The notes: a model not told the origin generated them from the letters alone. Counted from the stretch's first letter, positions 29,810 to 38,885 are shown. The stretch: 64,000 bases of DNA from an uncultured Smithella sp. (GCA_964394715.1 CAYMYR010000002.1:21867-85866), one strand, 5' to 3'. A program made the numbers and translations.

Positions 29810-30763
29810 TTATTTTGAGGTTATAGTGCCTAAAATACTGCCCGGAGCCAGCCGATATCCTCGGAGAAATTCTACCATCAGCATTCTTTTTTTCCCGGCC
29901 AGCTGTATGTCTTTCAAAATGACGTGGCCATCAGAGACTGCAACAGGCAAGCCGTCGGTGACCGCGTTGCCGATGGTTCCGGGAGGCTGATCCGTCGGGC
30001 CCGGTTCAGCTGCCGCGGCATAAATTTTCAAAAGCTGTCCATCCAAGTAAGTATATGCCGCCGGGGAGGGGCACAAACCGCGGATCAGATTGACAACATG
30101 GACAGCACTTTTCTGCCAGTTAATCTTGCATGTTTCCCTGGTCAGGCGGGGAGCAAACGTCACACCGGATGGATCCTGCCGGCGTCTGTGGGCTTTGCCC
30201 GATACAACCTGTGCGATGGTTTTCATGAGCAGTGCTGCGCCGTTTTTTGCCAGGCGGTCATGCAGTTGACCGTATGTTTCCTCATCGTCCAGCAGGGTTT
30301 CTTCCTGGGCCAGGATATCGCCGGAGTCCATGCCTTCATCCATCAGCATAATGGTCACTCCGGTTTTTTTTTCACCGCGGATGATGCTCCAGTTCAAAGG
30401 GGCCGCGCCACGGTATTTAGGAAGCAGAGAAGGGTGGATGTTCAGGCATCCAAGAGGGGGGAAGTCGATAATCATTTTGGGCAGAATCTGGCCAAAAGCC
30501 GCCACAACCACCATGTCGGGCTTGAGTGAATAAAATTTTTCGAGAAAAGAAGCATCTTTTACGGTTTGCGGTTGCAGAACAGGCACACCGGATTTTTGGG
30601 CCAGAAGTTTCACAGGAGGAGCGGCTTCCTTTTGCCCCCTTCCCACCGGACGATCCGGTTGTGTAACAGCGGCGATGACCGGTAAGGAACCGGCAAGAAG
30701 TGTGTCCAGGGCCGGCAGGGCGAAAGCCGGGGTTCCCATGAAGAGAATTCTCGGTTTGTTCAT
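29810..30763 (-). CDS. fmt: Methionyl-tRNA formyltransferase
   Basis: RILFMGTPAFALPALDTL, LNIHPSLLPKYRGAAPLNWSII, and TGVTIMLMDEGMDSGDIL. Confidence 0.95.
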   Translation of the reverse strand: MNKPRILFMGTPAFALPALDTLLAGSLPVIAAVTQPDRPVGRGQKEAAPPVKLLAQKSGVPVLQPQTVKDASFLEKFYSLKPDMVVVAAFGQILPKMIIDFPPLGCLNIHPSLLPKYRGAAPLNWSIIRGEKKTGVTIMLMDEGMDSGDILAQEETLLDDEETYGQLHDRLAKNGAALLMKTIAQVVSGKAHRRRQDPSGVTFAPRLTRETCKINWQKSAVHVVNLIRGLCPSPAAYTYLDGQLLKIYAAAAEPGPTDQPPGTIGNAVTDGLPVAVSDGHVILKDIQLAGKKRMLMVEFLRGYRLAPGSILGTITSK

Positions 30764-30856
30764 TGGATCGCACCCCTGTTTTTTTCGTACCCTATATGGA
30801 ATTAACGGGAATGTGTCAAGAAATACCCGTGAAAAGGGCCTTATGTTAAATTCCTG

Positions 30857-30885
30857 TTGTCAATTTCAATTTCATGCTCTATATA
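30857..30885 (+). promoter_or_regulatory. Putative sigma70 promoter for the two-gene paralog module
   Basis: TTGTCA (30857-30862), an exact 17-nt spacer, then TATATA (30880-30885), about 95 nt upstream of the ATG at 30979. Confidence 0.5.
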
Positions 30886-30978
30886 GTAATCAGTGTTGAA
30901 GTTGCCAAAACAGAAAAAATACATACAGGCACTTATAACCATAAGAGTTGCGCTTATCAAAAGGAAAGGAGACAGAGC

Positions 30979-31440
30979 ATGAGGACATACGCTATTAAGT
31001 ATGTGGAATTGGCTGAACAGCATGCGGAAAAGATGGCCAAACGCTGGGCAATGGATGTTCAGAACAATGTTCGGACAAAAAAATACAAAGAGCTGGAAGA
31101 GGAGAGGATTGTTAACCAGGGCATAAAATTTTACAAGAATTTCAGTAAAATGTTTGCCGATGATAAAATCAGTGAAGGTGCACTGAAATATTTCCGTGAT
31201 TACGCCCAAGACTGTTTCAACCTGGGGATTCCCATGAGTGAAGCGGTTTACGCACTCATCCTCTTAAGAAGGCATATCTGGCTGTACGCCGAGTTTCAGA
31301 CAATCTTCAGTTCCGGCATTGATCAGCGTCAGGCGCTGGATACCTTGAGCCGCACGATTTTGATTTTTGATTATGCTGCGTATGAAGTGACCAAGGAATA
31401 CAACGAATTAATAAAAAAAAATAAAGGGAAAAAGAAATAA
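30979..31440 (+). CDS. Hypothetical ~153-aa helical protein, paralog 1
   Basis: AAGGAAAGGAG RBS before the ATG at 30979; the listed ORF opens earlier at 30874. It shares ...RRHIWLYAEFQTIF... and GIPMSEAVYAL with the downstream paralog. The fold guess (RsbR-N-like sensor helical bundle) is weak. Confidence 0.7.
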   Translation: MRTYAIKYVELAEQHAEKMAKRWAMDVQNNVRTKKYKELEEERIVNQGIKFYKNFSKMFADDKISEGALKYFRDYAQDCFNLGIPMSEAVYALILLRRHIWLYAEFQTIFSSGIDQRQALDTLSRTILIFDYAAYEVTKEYNELIKKNKGKKK

Positions 31441-31484
31441 TTTCTACTTCCCTGTTCGCTTATCATTGGAGAAAGGAGAATGAT

Positions 31485-31943
31485 ATGGTGGAGTCGATTA
31501 AGCTGTTGGATGTGTTGGAGGCCAACCTTGATGAAATAGCTGCTCACTGGGCGGCAGATGTTAAAAAAAATAAAAGAACGGCCCATTACCGGGATCTTCC
31601 CGATGAGAAGCTGGTGCTGCAGGCCGTGAAATTTTACAGTCAATTGAGAAATTTGCTGATTGCTCCCAATCGTCTTGAGAAAGCGCAGGAATTTTTCATG
31701 CATTATGCACGAACCTGTTATGAAAACGGGATTCCGCTGCATGAATCTATTTATGCTTTGAACATGATGCGTCGTCACATGTGGCTCTATGCTGAATTTC
31801 AGGCGATATTTATCAATGCCCTGGAACATAATCAGGCCATTGACTCTGTCATGCGAATCATGCTTTTAGTTGATCATGCTGTTTATGAGATCACCGAATA
31901 CTATCAGGACCGTCTTCGTCTTGAGAACTGCGGTGCAATATAG
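31485..31943 (+). CDS. Hypothetical 152-aa helical protein, paralog 2
   Basis: AAAGGAGA RBS. Collinear similarity to paralog 1 includes W at the same N-terminal position, KFY, GIPLHESIYAL, and RRHMWLYAEFQAIF. Confidence 0.7.
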   Translation: MVESIKLLDVLEANLDEIAAHWAADVKKNKRTAHYRDLPDEKLVLQAVKFYSQLRNLLIAPNRLEKAQEFFMHYARTCYENGIPLHESIYALNMMRRHMWLYAEFQAIFINALEHNQAIDSVMRIMLLVDHAVYEITEYYQDRLRLENCGAI

Positions 31944-32017
31944 GTCAAACTATCGACTGGATTTATGCACCGGGACAGCACATACTGCTTCCATTCGTTG
32001 ATAGGATTTATTCAGGT

Positions 32018-32060
32018 TCAGTCCGGCCGGGTCTTGATGACCAGTCCGGACTGTTTCATT
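32018..32060 (+). terminator. Putative intrinsic terminator of the paralog module
   Basis: CAGTCCGG (32018-32025) pairs with CCGGACTG (32046-32053) and is followed by TTTCATTGTT. The right arm is part of the 12-bp perfect palindrome CAGTCCGGACTG. Confidence 0.45.
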
Positions 32061-32276
32061 GTTGGGCGATGTCCATACGCCATCAGGATTGACAATTGTG
32101 GTGATACAGGGTAACCGGATTTTTTCAGGGCGAAGTTAAAGCTGTCTTACCTGATGCACTATGGGACAATTTAAGGCTGTGTTTCTGCAAGTATCAAGGA
32201 ATTTCCCAATGAGGAACGGATTGTCTTGCCTGCGCTTCCCATGAGGAAACGCGTTTCCTGACGAAAGCATCCGAAC

Positions 32277-34685
32277 TCACATAAAATTTTCCGGATCTAC
32301 GTCCACCGTAATCTTTACCGTGCTCGTATCGTGCTTTTCCATCAGTTCGCATGCAATGGAATGCAGAATTCGGCTATTCAGTCCCTTGATCAGCATTTGC
32401 TGGCGATATTGTCCACGGATCTTTGCCAGAGGAGATTCCGACGGGCCGATAATTTCCGCGGCATTACCATGCTTTGCTGCAAGTTCCCTCGCTTTGCGGC
32501 CCGTTTCCCGCGCGATTTCCATGAGCGCATCTTTTTTCCCGGAGGACAGCCGAATGCAGATGATCCGGCTGAAGGGAGGGTACTGAAGGACCCGGCGAAA
32601 CGCTATTTCATCAGCATAAAAAGACGGGTAATCATGCTTTTGGGTGTACAGCAGAGCATAGTGTTCCGGATTAAAGGTCTGGATAATGACACGGCCGAGG
32701 ACTGCACCGCGTCCGCCCCTTCCGGAAACCTGAGTGAGCATCTGAAAGGTTTTTTCCGAAGCGCGAAAATCCGGCATGTTCAGGGAGGTGTCCGCCGCTA
32801 TGACGCCCACAAGACTGATAAAGGGGAAGTCATGACCCTTGGTGATCATCTGTGTGCCGACCAGAATATCAATCTTTCTCTGCTCCAGTGCGCAGAGAAT
32901 TTCTTCCTGTGAACCTTTTCGGGCAGTGGTGTCGGAATCCATCCGGCAGATCCGTGCGTCGGGGAAAAGACGTTCGAGTTCTTTTTCCAGTTTCTGGGTG
33001 CCTGTGCCGTAACTGAGGATTTTTCCGCTGCGGCAGTTGGGGCAAAGCGGCATGGATTTCTGAGTATAGTCACAGTAGTGACATTTGATGATGCCTTCCG
33101 CCAGATGGCTTTTCAGGGCAACAGCGCAATTGGGGCATCGGAAATTATAGCCGCAGTCGGCACAGACCAGGAAGGTGTCAAATCCCCGTTTGTTGAGAAA
33201 AAGCAGGGCCTGTTCTTTGCGGGCCAGCGTTTCGGCAAGGGCCTGGATCATTGTATCCGAGAGGATAGGTGTTTTGCCGTGGGCTTCCTTCTGTGCTTTC
33301 ATATCTACAATGTCAATTCGGGGCAGCGGCCTGTTTTGTACCCTTTGCGTCAATTCAAGAAAAGCATATTTCCGGGTCCGGGCGTTGTAGTAAGAACGGA
33401 TTCCCGGAGTGGCCGATCCGAGAACAACAACCGCTTTATGCATTTTCGCTTTCACCACGGCCAGATCCCGGGCATGATAGCTGAGTTTGTCGTCCTGCTT
33501 GTAGGATGGATCGTGTTCTTCATCAACGATTATTAATTTCAGGTTGTCAAGCGGGGCAAAAAGGGCGGAGCGCGCGCCGATCACAAGGTTGATCTTGCCT
33601 CGTTTGATTTGACGCCACTGATCATATCGGACGCTGCGTGCGATACCGCTGTGAATGACGGCGATTTTATTTTCGTCGAATCGACCGGCGATGCGTGAAA
33701 TCAGCTGGGGGGTCAGGGCAATTTCCGGGACCAGGTAGATGGCGGTGCCGCCGTTTTTAATCACGTCCGCAATCGCCTTGAGATACACTTCTGTTTTGCC
33801 GCTTCCGGTAACGCCGTGAAGAAGAATCGGGCAAAACGTATCCTCACGGAGCCTGTTCAGGATATTCATCAGGGATTTTTTCTGTTCATCATTCAGTGTG
33901 ATGTTTGCAGGCGCCTTGCTGATAGACGAGGTCAGAGATGCTTTTCGTATGAATTCGGCATTTCCGACAGCAAGGATCCCTTTTTCGAGCAGCTTTTTGA
34001 TTACAGCGCTGGAAGTTTTCGCGGACGCTATCAGATCATGCAAATCCATGGGGCCGGAGTTTTTCAGAAAATCAACGACAGCCTCCTGCCGTGCCGTCAT
34101 CCGCAGTTCATCAGGCAAAGTGGATTCAAGCCGGATGATTTTCTGCGTTCGGACGGTCAGGGGCTTTTTCTGCCGCTCGACCATTTGCAGAAGGCCGGCC
34201 AGGTGAAGCCCGTGCACAATCGCTGCGGCATTTTTAAATTCAGTGTTTTTGATAAGGTTCCCAAGCGCGATTCCCTGAGGACGGGAATGAAGAAAATCCA
34301 GAAGCTTTTCCTGCGATCTGGACAGTTCCAGACCGGCAGGCACCGGCCGGGGCAGAACCCAAAGATAATCTTTTTTTTCAGATCCTGCGGGAACCAGTTC
34401 GGCCAAAGTTTTACCCAAAGGGTAGATGCAATACCTGGAAATCCATACAAAAAACTGGAGATCTTTATTGTCAAAAAGTGGTTCGTCATCAAGGATTTCG
34501 GTGAGGGGTTTAACCTGTTCCAAATCGCAGGAGAATGTCACGGCTGTGATAAAACCGGTTCGTTTTCTGTGACCAAAAGGGACATAAACCCGTTTGCCGA
34601 TCATGGCTTTTGTCTTAAGATTATCCGGTACGGCATAGGTGAAGAGCTTGTCGGCCGGAATATTGAGGGCGACGTTTACGTACAT
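32277..34685 (-). CDS. priA: Primosomal protein N' (replication restart helicase PriA)
   Basis: MYVNVALNIPADKLFTYAVP, Walker A LLHGVTGSGKTEVY, DEEHD, and the Cys-rich zinc region CADCGYNFRCPNCAVAL..CHYCDY..CPNC. Confidence 0.95.
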   Translation of the reverse strand: MYVNVALNIPADKLFTYAVPDNLKTKAMIGKRVYVPFGHRKRTGFITAVTFSCDLEQVKPLTEILDDEPLFDNKDLQFFVWISRYCIYPLGKTLAELVPAGSEKKDYLWVLPRPVPAGLELSRSQEKLLDFLHSRPQGIALGNLIKNTEFKNAAAIVHGLHLAGLLQMVERQKKPLTVRTQKIIRLESTLPDELRMTARQEAVVDFLKNSGPMDLHDLIASAKTSSAVIKKLLEKGILAVGNAEFIRKASLTSSISKAPANITLNDEQKKSLMNILNRLREDTFCPILLHGVTGSGKTEVYLKAIADVIKNGGTAIYLVPEIALTPQLISRIAGRFDENKIAVIHSGIARSVRYDQWRQIKRGKINLVIGARSALFAPLDNLKLIIVDEEHDPSYKQDDKLSYHARDLAVVKAKMHKAVVVLGSATPGIRSYYNARTRKYAFLELTQRVQNRPLPRIDIVDMKAQKEAHGKTPILSDTMIQALAETLARKEQALLFLNKRGFDTFLVCADCGYNFRCPNCAVALKSHLAEGIIKCHYCDYTQKSMPLCPNCRSGKILSYGTGTQKLEKELERLFPDARICRMDSDTTARKGSQEEILCALEQRKIDILVGTQMITKGHDFPFISLVGVIAADTSLNMPDFRASEKTFQMLTQVSGRGGRGAVLGRVIIQTFNPEHYALLYTQKHDYPSFYADEIAFRRVLQYPPFSRIICIRLSSGKKDALMEIARETGRKARELAAKHGNAAEIIGPSESPLAKIRGQYRQQMLIKGLNSRILHSIACELMEKHDTSTVKITVDVDPENFM

Positions 34686-34786
34686 GAAATTTGACTAGCA
34701 TCTTTAGAGAAAAAAAGAAATCTTCCTCTTTGAATGGTATTATTTTGAGGTAATATGGATATGCGTGTTACTGAAACGGGACATGC

Positions 34787-34820
34787 TCAAATAAAAAAAC
34801 GCCCCTGGAACGGGGCGTTT
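34787..34820 (-). terminator. Rho-independent terminator after the dksA-type gene
   Basis: Stem AAACGCCCC / GGGGCGTTT with a 6-nt loop. On the minus strand it is followed by TTTTTTTATTT. Confidence 0.75.
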
Positions 34821-34838
34821 TACCGTATGGAAAAAAGA

Positions 34839-35219
34839 TTATTCGCCTTTGAGTTTTTCGAGTTTCTCCTGTTTGGTTTTGCAGTCGATGCATTCCGTGG
34901 TGACCGGTCGTGCCATCAATCTCTTTTCAGAAATCGGCCCGCCGCAGGATTCACATATCCCGTAAGTTCCATCATCAATTCTTTTAATGGCTTCCTGCAT
35001 TTTCACAATAAGCTTGCGCTCCCTGTCGCGTATGCGGAGCTCAAAATTCCTGTCGGCTTCCAATGACGCACGATCGTTGGGATCAGGAAAGTTCTCCTTG
35101 CCGTTGGTCATTTCCGTGACCGTTTTGCCCGCTTCATTCAGCAGTTCGTTGATCTTCTGAATGAGCAGTTTCCGAAATGCTTCAAGCTTTTCCGGCTTCA
35201 TAGTTGTCTGTTTTTCCAA
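34839..35219 (-). CDS. dksA: DksA/TraR family C4-type zinc-finger protein
   Basis: Coiled-coil N-terminus with the DPNDRASLEADR acidic tip region, and CESCGGPISEKRLMARPVTTECIDC. TTG start with AAGGAG 8 nt upstream. Confidence 0.88.
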   Translation of the reverse strand: MEKQTTMKPEKLEAFRKLLIQKINELLNEAGKTVTEMTNGKENFPDPNDRASLEADRNFELRIRDRERKLIVKMQEAIKRIDDGTYGICESCGGPISEKRLMARPVTTECIDCKTKQEKLEKLKGE

Positions 35220-35366
35220 TGCCGCTACTCCTTCATATTTGTGATGTTGATTTATGGATCTTATTACCTAATGGCAAAATGTTTGTAAAGGAAAAAAAAT
35301 CATGAAAAAAAATGATAGAAATCATGTTATTACATTTTGGCAAAAGCCGACGGGTGATCCGGGAGC

Positions 35367-35852
35367 TCAGATTCCGGAGCCATAGACGGAAATGATTCTT
35401 TCCACGATATTGGTGGTCGATTTTCCAACCACCTCAGGAATAATCGCAACCCGCCCGCCCCATTGACTGATTTCATTTCGTCCGACCACCTGGTCTTCCG
35501 GCCAGTCACCCCCTTTGATCAGGATATCCGGTTTCAGATAACAGATCAGTTCCAATGGCGTCAATTCAGGGAATATCGTTACAAAATCAACGCACTCCAG
35601 CGCGGCCAGCACCTCAGCTCTCTCTTCTTCAGGAACCAGCGGTCTTTTTTCGCCCTTAATTGAACGCACGGAAGAATCACTGTTAAGAGCCAGGACCAGT
35701 ATATCGGCCGTCTTTTTTGCTTCCTGCAAATACCTTACATGGCCAACATGCAGGATATCAAAACAGCCGTTCGTGAAAGCTATTTTCGCTCCTTTGTTTC
35801 GTAGCTCATCGAGTTTGGCTTTGATAACATCTCTTTCCAGGATTTTTTTCAT
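35367..35852 (-). CDS. D-glycero-beta-D-manno-heptose 1-phosphate adenylyltransferase (RfaE domain II-type cytidylyltransferase)
   Basis: FTNGCFDILHVGHVRYLQEAKK (HxGH nucleotidyltransferase motif) and the C-terminal STTNIVERI. AGGAGAG RBS before the ATG at 35852. Confidence 0.85.
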   Translation of the reverse strand: MKKILERDVIKAKLDELRNKGAKIAFTNGCFDILHVGHVRYLQEAKKTADILVLALNSDSSVRSIKGEKRPLVPEEERAEVLAALECVDFVTIFPELTPLELICYLKPDILIKGGDWPEDQVVGRNEISQWGGRVAIIPEVVGKSTTNIVERIISVYGSGI

Positions 35853-35904
35853 GACGCTCTCCTGATTATCATTGATCGAAAAAAGTAAAAAAATCAATTT
35901 TCCG

Positions 35905-36633
35905 TTAAAGCACCCTGGCTAGCGTTAGGACCGCTACCTTCGAGGCGCCGCTTCTGATAAGTGTTTTGGCACATTCATTCATTGTGGCCCCTGTTGTATA
36001 TACATCGTCAACAAGGATCAAGTTCTTTCCCTGGATTTTCCTCTTTGGGCCCGCGACGAAAGCTCCTGAGGTGTTTTTTGCACGGTCGTTTTTGTCGAGT
36101 CCTGTTTGTGTTAAAGTCAATTTGCATCTTTTTAGCAAGGAAAAATCGACCATCAGATGATGTTTTTTCCCCAGTGCACGGGCCAGGATGATCGACTGAT
36201 TGAAGCCCCTTTCCCTCAGACGCTTGATATGCAGGGGAACGGGGACGATGGCATCAAAAAGATGAAAGTCCATATCTTCAAATTCAAAACCGGCCAGGAA
36301 ATTGGCGAGGGCCGATCCTGTTGTGATGTCACGTCCATACTTGAACCGGCGGATTGCGTCAAGAACGATTCCATCATAGGCAACAGCGGCGCGTGCGGAT
36401 GAAAACCAGGGCTTTCGTTCCAGGCAGTTTCCGCAAAGGTGATCTTCCGCGGGGGAGTCGGGAAACAGGATGCCGCATACAGGGCAGCGGCTGCCCGTCA
36501 TGAAAGTGATTTGCCTCCGGCAATCGGGGCAAAACACCTCATGGGCTTTACCGGAAATAACTTCAGAGCATGCAAGGCAAAGAGGAGGAAAAAGCGCTTC
36601 TGATAATTCCTCACAAAAATCATTCAGAATCAA
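35905..36633 (-). CDS. comF: ComF family protein (PRTase-like with an N-terminal double zinc ribbon)
   Basis: CxxC pairs (CLAC..CPDC..CPVC..CGNC) and PRPP loop LILVDDVYTTGATM. The start overlaps the rsfS stop. Confidence 0.85.
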   Translation of the reverse strand: MILNDFCEELSEALFPPLCLACSEVISGKAHEVFCPDCRRQITFMTGSRCPVCGILFPDSPAEDHLCGNCLERKPWFSSARAAVAYDGIVLDAIRRFKYGRDITTGSALANFLAGFEFEDMDFHLFDAIVPVPLHIKRLRERGFNQSIILARALGKKHHLMVDFSLLKRCKLTLTQTGLDKNDRAKNTSGAFVAGPKRKIQGKNLILVDDVYTTGATMNECAKTLIRSGASKVAVLTLARVL

Positions 36634-37025
36634 GCCATATCCTTGGTCAGTTTGTTTATTTCTGTTGCTTTTTCATCGATTTCCATGCGTGGCGCGTCCC
36701 ACAGATCTTCCAGACCATAGAAGGAACGGGCTTCATCCTGGAAAACAGAAATGACCACGTCGTCATAGTCCAGCAGAATCCACTCTGCGTTTGATTCCCC
36801 TTCTACACCGAGCGGCCGGATGTCTTCTTTTTTCAGGTATTCCTGGATGGCTGATGAAATCGCCTGGACCTGCCGGTCGGTTGAGCCGGAACAGATCAGC
36901 ATATAGTCAGTGAAGGAAGAAATCTCTTTGACATTCAATACAACAATATTTTTTGCTTTTTTTTGCAATACGGCGTTGATGCATAAAAGCAGTCGCCGGG
37001 CCGACTCATTTTTTTTAACTGCCAA
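36630..37025 (-). CDS. rsfS: Ribosome silencing factor RsfS (iojap family)
   Basis: ISSFTDYMLICSGSTDRQVQAISSAIQEYLKK and WILLDYDDVVISVF. Confidence 0.9.
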   Translation of the reverse strand: MAVKKNESARRLLLCINAVLQKKAKNIVVLNVKEISSFTDYMLICSGSTDRQVQAISSAIQEYLKKEDIRPLGVEGESNAEWILLDYDDVVISVFQDEARSFYGLEDLWDAPRMEIDEKATEINKLTKDMA

Positions 37026-37117
37026 ATTCCCCTCCGTAAAAACAGGTTGATAGACTGTAGTCTGTTAGGCTACTGGCCTGTTTTGTTGGTAGCCTTCGGT
37101 GTTTGTGTTTAAACCTT

Positions 37118-37176
37118 CTAATAGCCTACAGCCTAATAGCCTACAGCCTAATAGCCTACAGCCTAATAGCCTACAG
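37118..37176. repeat. Perfect 15-bp tandem repeat, about 3.9 copies
   Basis: CTAATAGCCTACAGC is repeated head to tail without mismatches (37118, 37133, 37148, 37163). It lies in the divergent intergenic region between rsfS and the permease gene. Confidence 0.95.
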
Positions 37177-37355
37177 TTTTTCCCTTATGTCACAATTACT
37201 GGAACTTGACAATATTTCATTTTGAACTTCATCCGGCAGCGTCATCAGATGACCTTTAAAAAATTCCGTGAAGGAATAAATCAAATTGCCAAATGCAATT
37301 GCTTTGTTTATATTTACAAAACCTGCAGGAAGGCTGATCGATCGTTGGAGATGTC

Positions 37356-38885
37356 ATGGCGAAGCAGCAAAACATGATCGGACCAAACAGATTCTGGGGA
37401 GAAATCACGGCGTTTCTGGCCCTTTTCTTCGACAATGTGGGTACGATGATCTTCTTTTCCTCCATTCTGATTTTTACCTTCAACTATCCGGCGGACATCA
37501 TCCTGACGCGAATGATTCCCGGTACAGCCGTGGGGGTGCTCCTGGGAGATCTGATTTACACCTGGCTGGCGATCAGGTTGAAACGTAAAACCGGACGGGA
37601 AGATGTCACCGCCATGCCGCTGGGGCTGGATACCCCTTCAACCATCGGGATTGCCTACGCTGTTCTCGGTCCCGCGTATGTGGCCACTCATGATGCGCAG
37701 TTATCCTGGCAGATTGGCATGGCAACGCTCTTCATGATCGGTGTGGTCAAAATCCTGACATCTTTTTTTGGAAGCTGGATTCAACGTATTGTTCCCACCG
37801 CGGGTCTGCTGGGCAGCATCGCCGGAGTCGGGCTTTTGCTTCTGGCCTTTCTGCCGCTTGTAGAAATTTTCAATGAGGTCGTGGTCGGTCTGGTCGCACT
37901 GGGACTGATTTTCGCCACTCTGTTTGGCAGAATGCATTTGCCGGGTAGAACGAACGGAGTGGTGGCGGCGGTTGTTTTGGGCACGGCTGTTCACTTTGCA
38001 TTGGGATATGGCGGATGGCTTCCGGAGTTTAAAGTGCCGGATTTTGAAATGAAACTCTGTGTACCGGTACTGTCCTTCGATTTTCTGACAACGCTGCCGC
38101 AAAGTGTGCAGTACCTGCCGATTGCCATTCCGTTTGGCATTCTGACGATTATCGGTGGCATCAACAACACGGAAAGCGCGAGACTGGCGGGAGACCACTA
38201 CCGTACGCGTGACATACTGCTGACAGAAGCATTTACATCCCTGATTGCAGCCTTCTTCGGGGGTGTCGCGCAGACAACGCCCTATATCGGCCATCCCGCC
38301 TACAAGAAAATGGGGGCAACCTGGTGGTACACGCTGGCCACGGGTCTCATGATTGGCCTTGCCTCGGTGGTCGGCCTTTTGTCTTTGTTTGTATCGGCGA
38401 TACCGCGCGCGGTCATTGCACCAATTTTCATTTTTATCGGGTTTGAAATCATTCATCAGGCCTACAGGGAATCCCCTCCTTCACACTCTCCTGCCGTAAG
38501 CTTGAGTTTTCTGCCGGTCATTGCCAGTCTGGTGATGATCATTCTCGACCAGTTTCTCGATGCCGCCGGGATTTTGCCTTCCAGTCTGCCAAATCGTTTG
38601 CAGACTCTTCATGCCTCGCTTACGATGCTCAGCAACGGATTTATTCTGACGGGACTGCTCTGGGGGAGCATGCTCGCGTTTCTGATCGATCATCGGGCCC
38701 GTTTTGCAGCTTTATGTGCGGCCATCTGTGCAATTTTTTCACTTTTCGGCGTCATTCATTCCGTCCTGCCCACGGGCGAACTTTATCTGCCCTGGCAATG
38801 CGCATCACGGGGAAATTTCATGCTGGCGGCAGCCTATCTCGCGCTTGCGTGTATTTTGCTGACTCTGACCGGCAAAGAAAAATAA
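37356..38885 (+). CDS. Polytopic permease, probably NCS2/AzgA-like (xanthine/uracil/vitamin C permease superfamily)
   Basis: About 12-14 predicted hydrophobic segments. The N-terminal block FFDNVGTMIFFSSIL ... RMIPGTAVGVLLGDLIYTWLAIRL ... DVTAMPLGLDTPS resembles MJ0326-type permeases from memory. Confidence 0.5.
   Translation: MAKQQNMIGPNRFWGEITAFLALFFDNVGTMIFFSSILIFTFNYPADIILTRMIPGTAVGVLLGDLIYTWLAIRLKRKTGREDVTAMPLGLDTPSTIGIAYAVLGPAYVATHDAQLSWQIGMATLFMIGVVKILTSFFGSWIQRIVPTAGLLGSIAGVGLLLLAFLPLVEIFNEVVVGLVALGLIFATLFGRMHLPGRTNGVVAAVVLGTAVHFALGYGGWLPEFKVPDFEMKLCVPVLSFDFLTTLPQSVQYLPIAIPFGILTIIGGINNTESARLAGDHYRTRDILLTEAFTSLIAAFFGGVAQTTPYIGHPAYKKMGATWWYTLATGLMIGLASVVGLLSLFVSAIPRAVIAPIFIFIGFEIIHQAYRESPPSHSPAVSLSFLPVIASLVMIILDQFLDAAGILPSSLPNRLQTLHASLTMLSNGFILTGLLWGSMLAFLIDHRARFAALCAAICAIFSLFGVIHSVLPTGELYLPWQCASRGNFMLAAAYLALACILLTLTGKEK

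Noticed and set aside
31944-32276. Degraded remnant of def (peptide deformylase) in the spacer next to priA
   Set aside because: A by-eye look at the spacer showed no obvious trace of the EGCLS or HExxH deformylase motif codons on the priA strand, and there is no extended open frame in the spacer.
33816-34694. 292-aa plus-strand ORF overlapping the 5' third of priA
   Set aside because: It is an antisense shadow ORF. PriA motifs are unambiguous on the other strand.
37118-37176. Possible CRISPR array
   Set aside because: The units are 15 bp and directly abutting, with no spacers. No cas genes are in the window. It is a simple tandem repeat.
37701-38456. 251-aa ORF on the minus strand, antisense to the permease gene
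   Set aside because: It lies entirely inside a well-supported polytopic membrane protein gene. Its translation is low-complexity and rich in R, Q and H, has no motifs and no RBS. This is the typical antisense shadow of a hydrophobic-protein gene.
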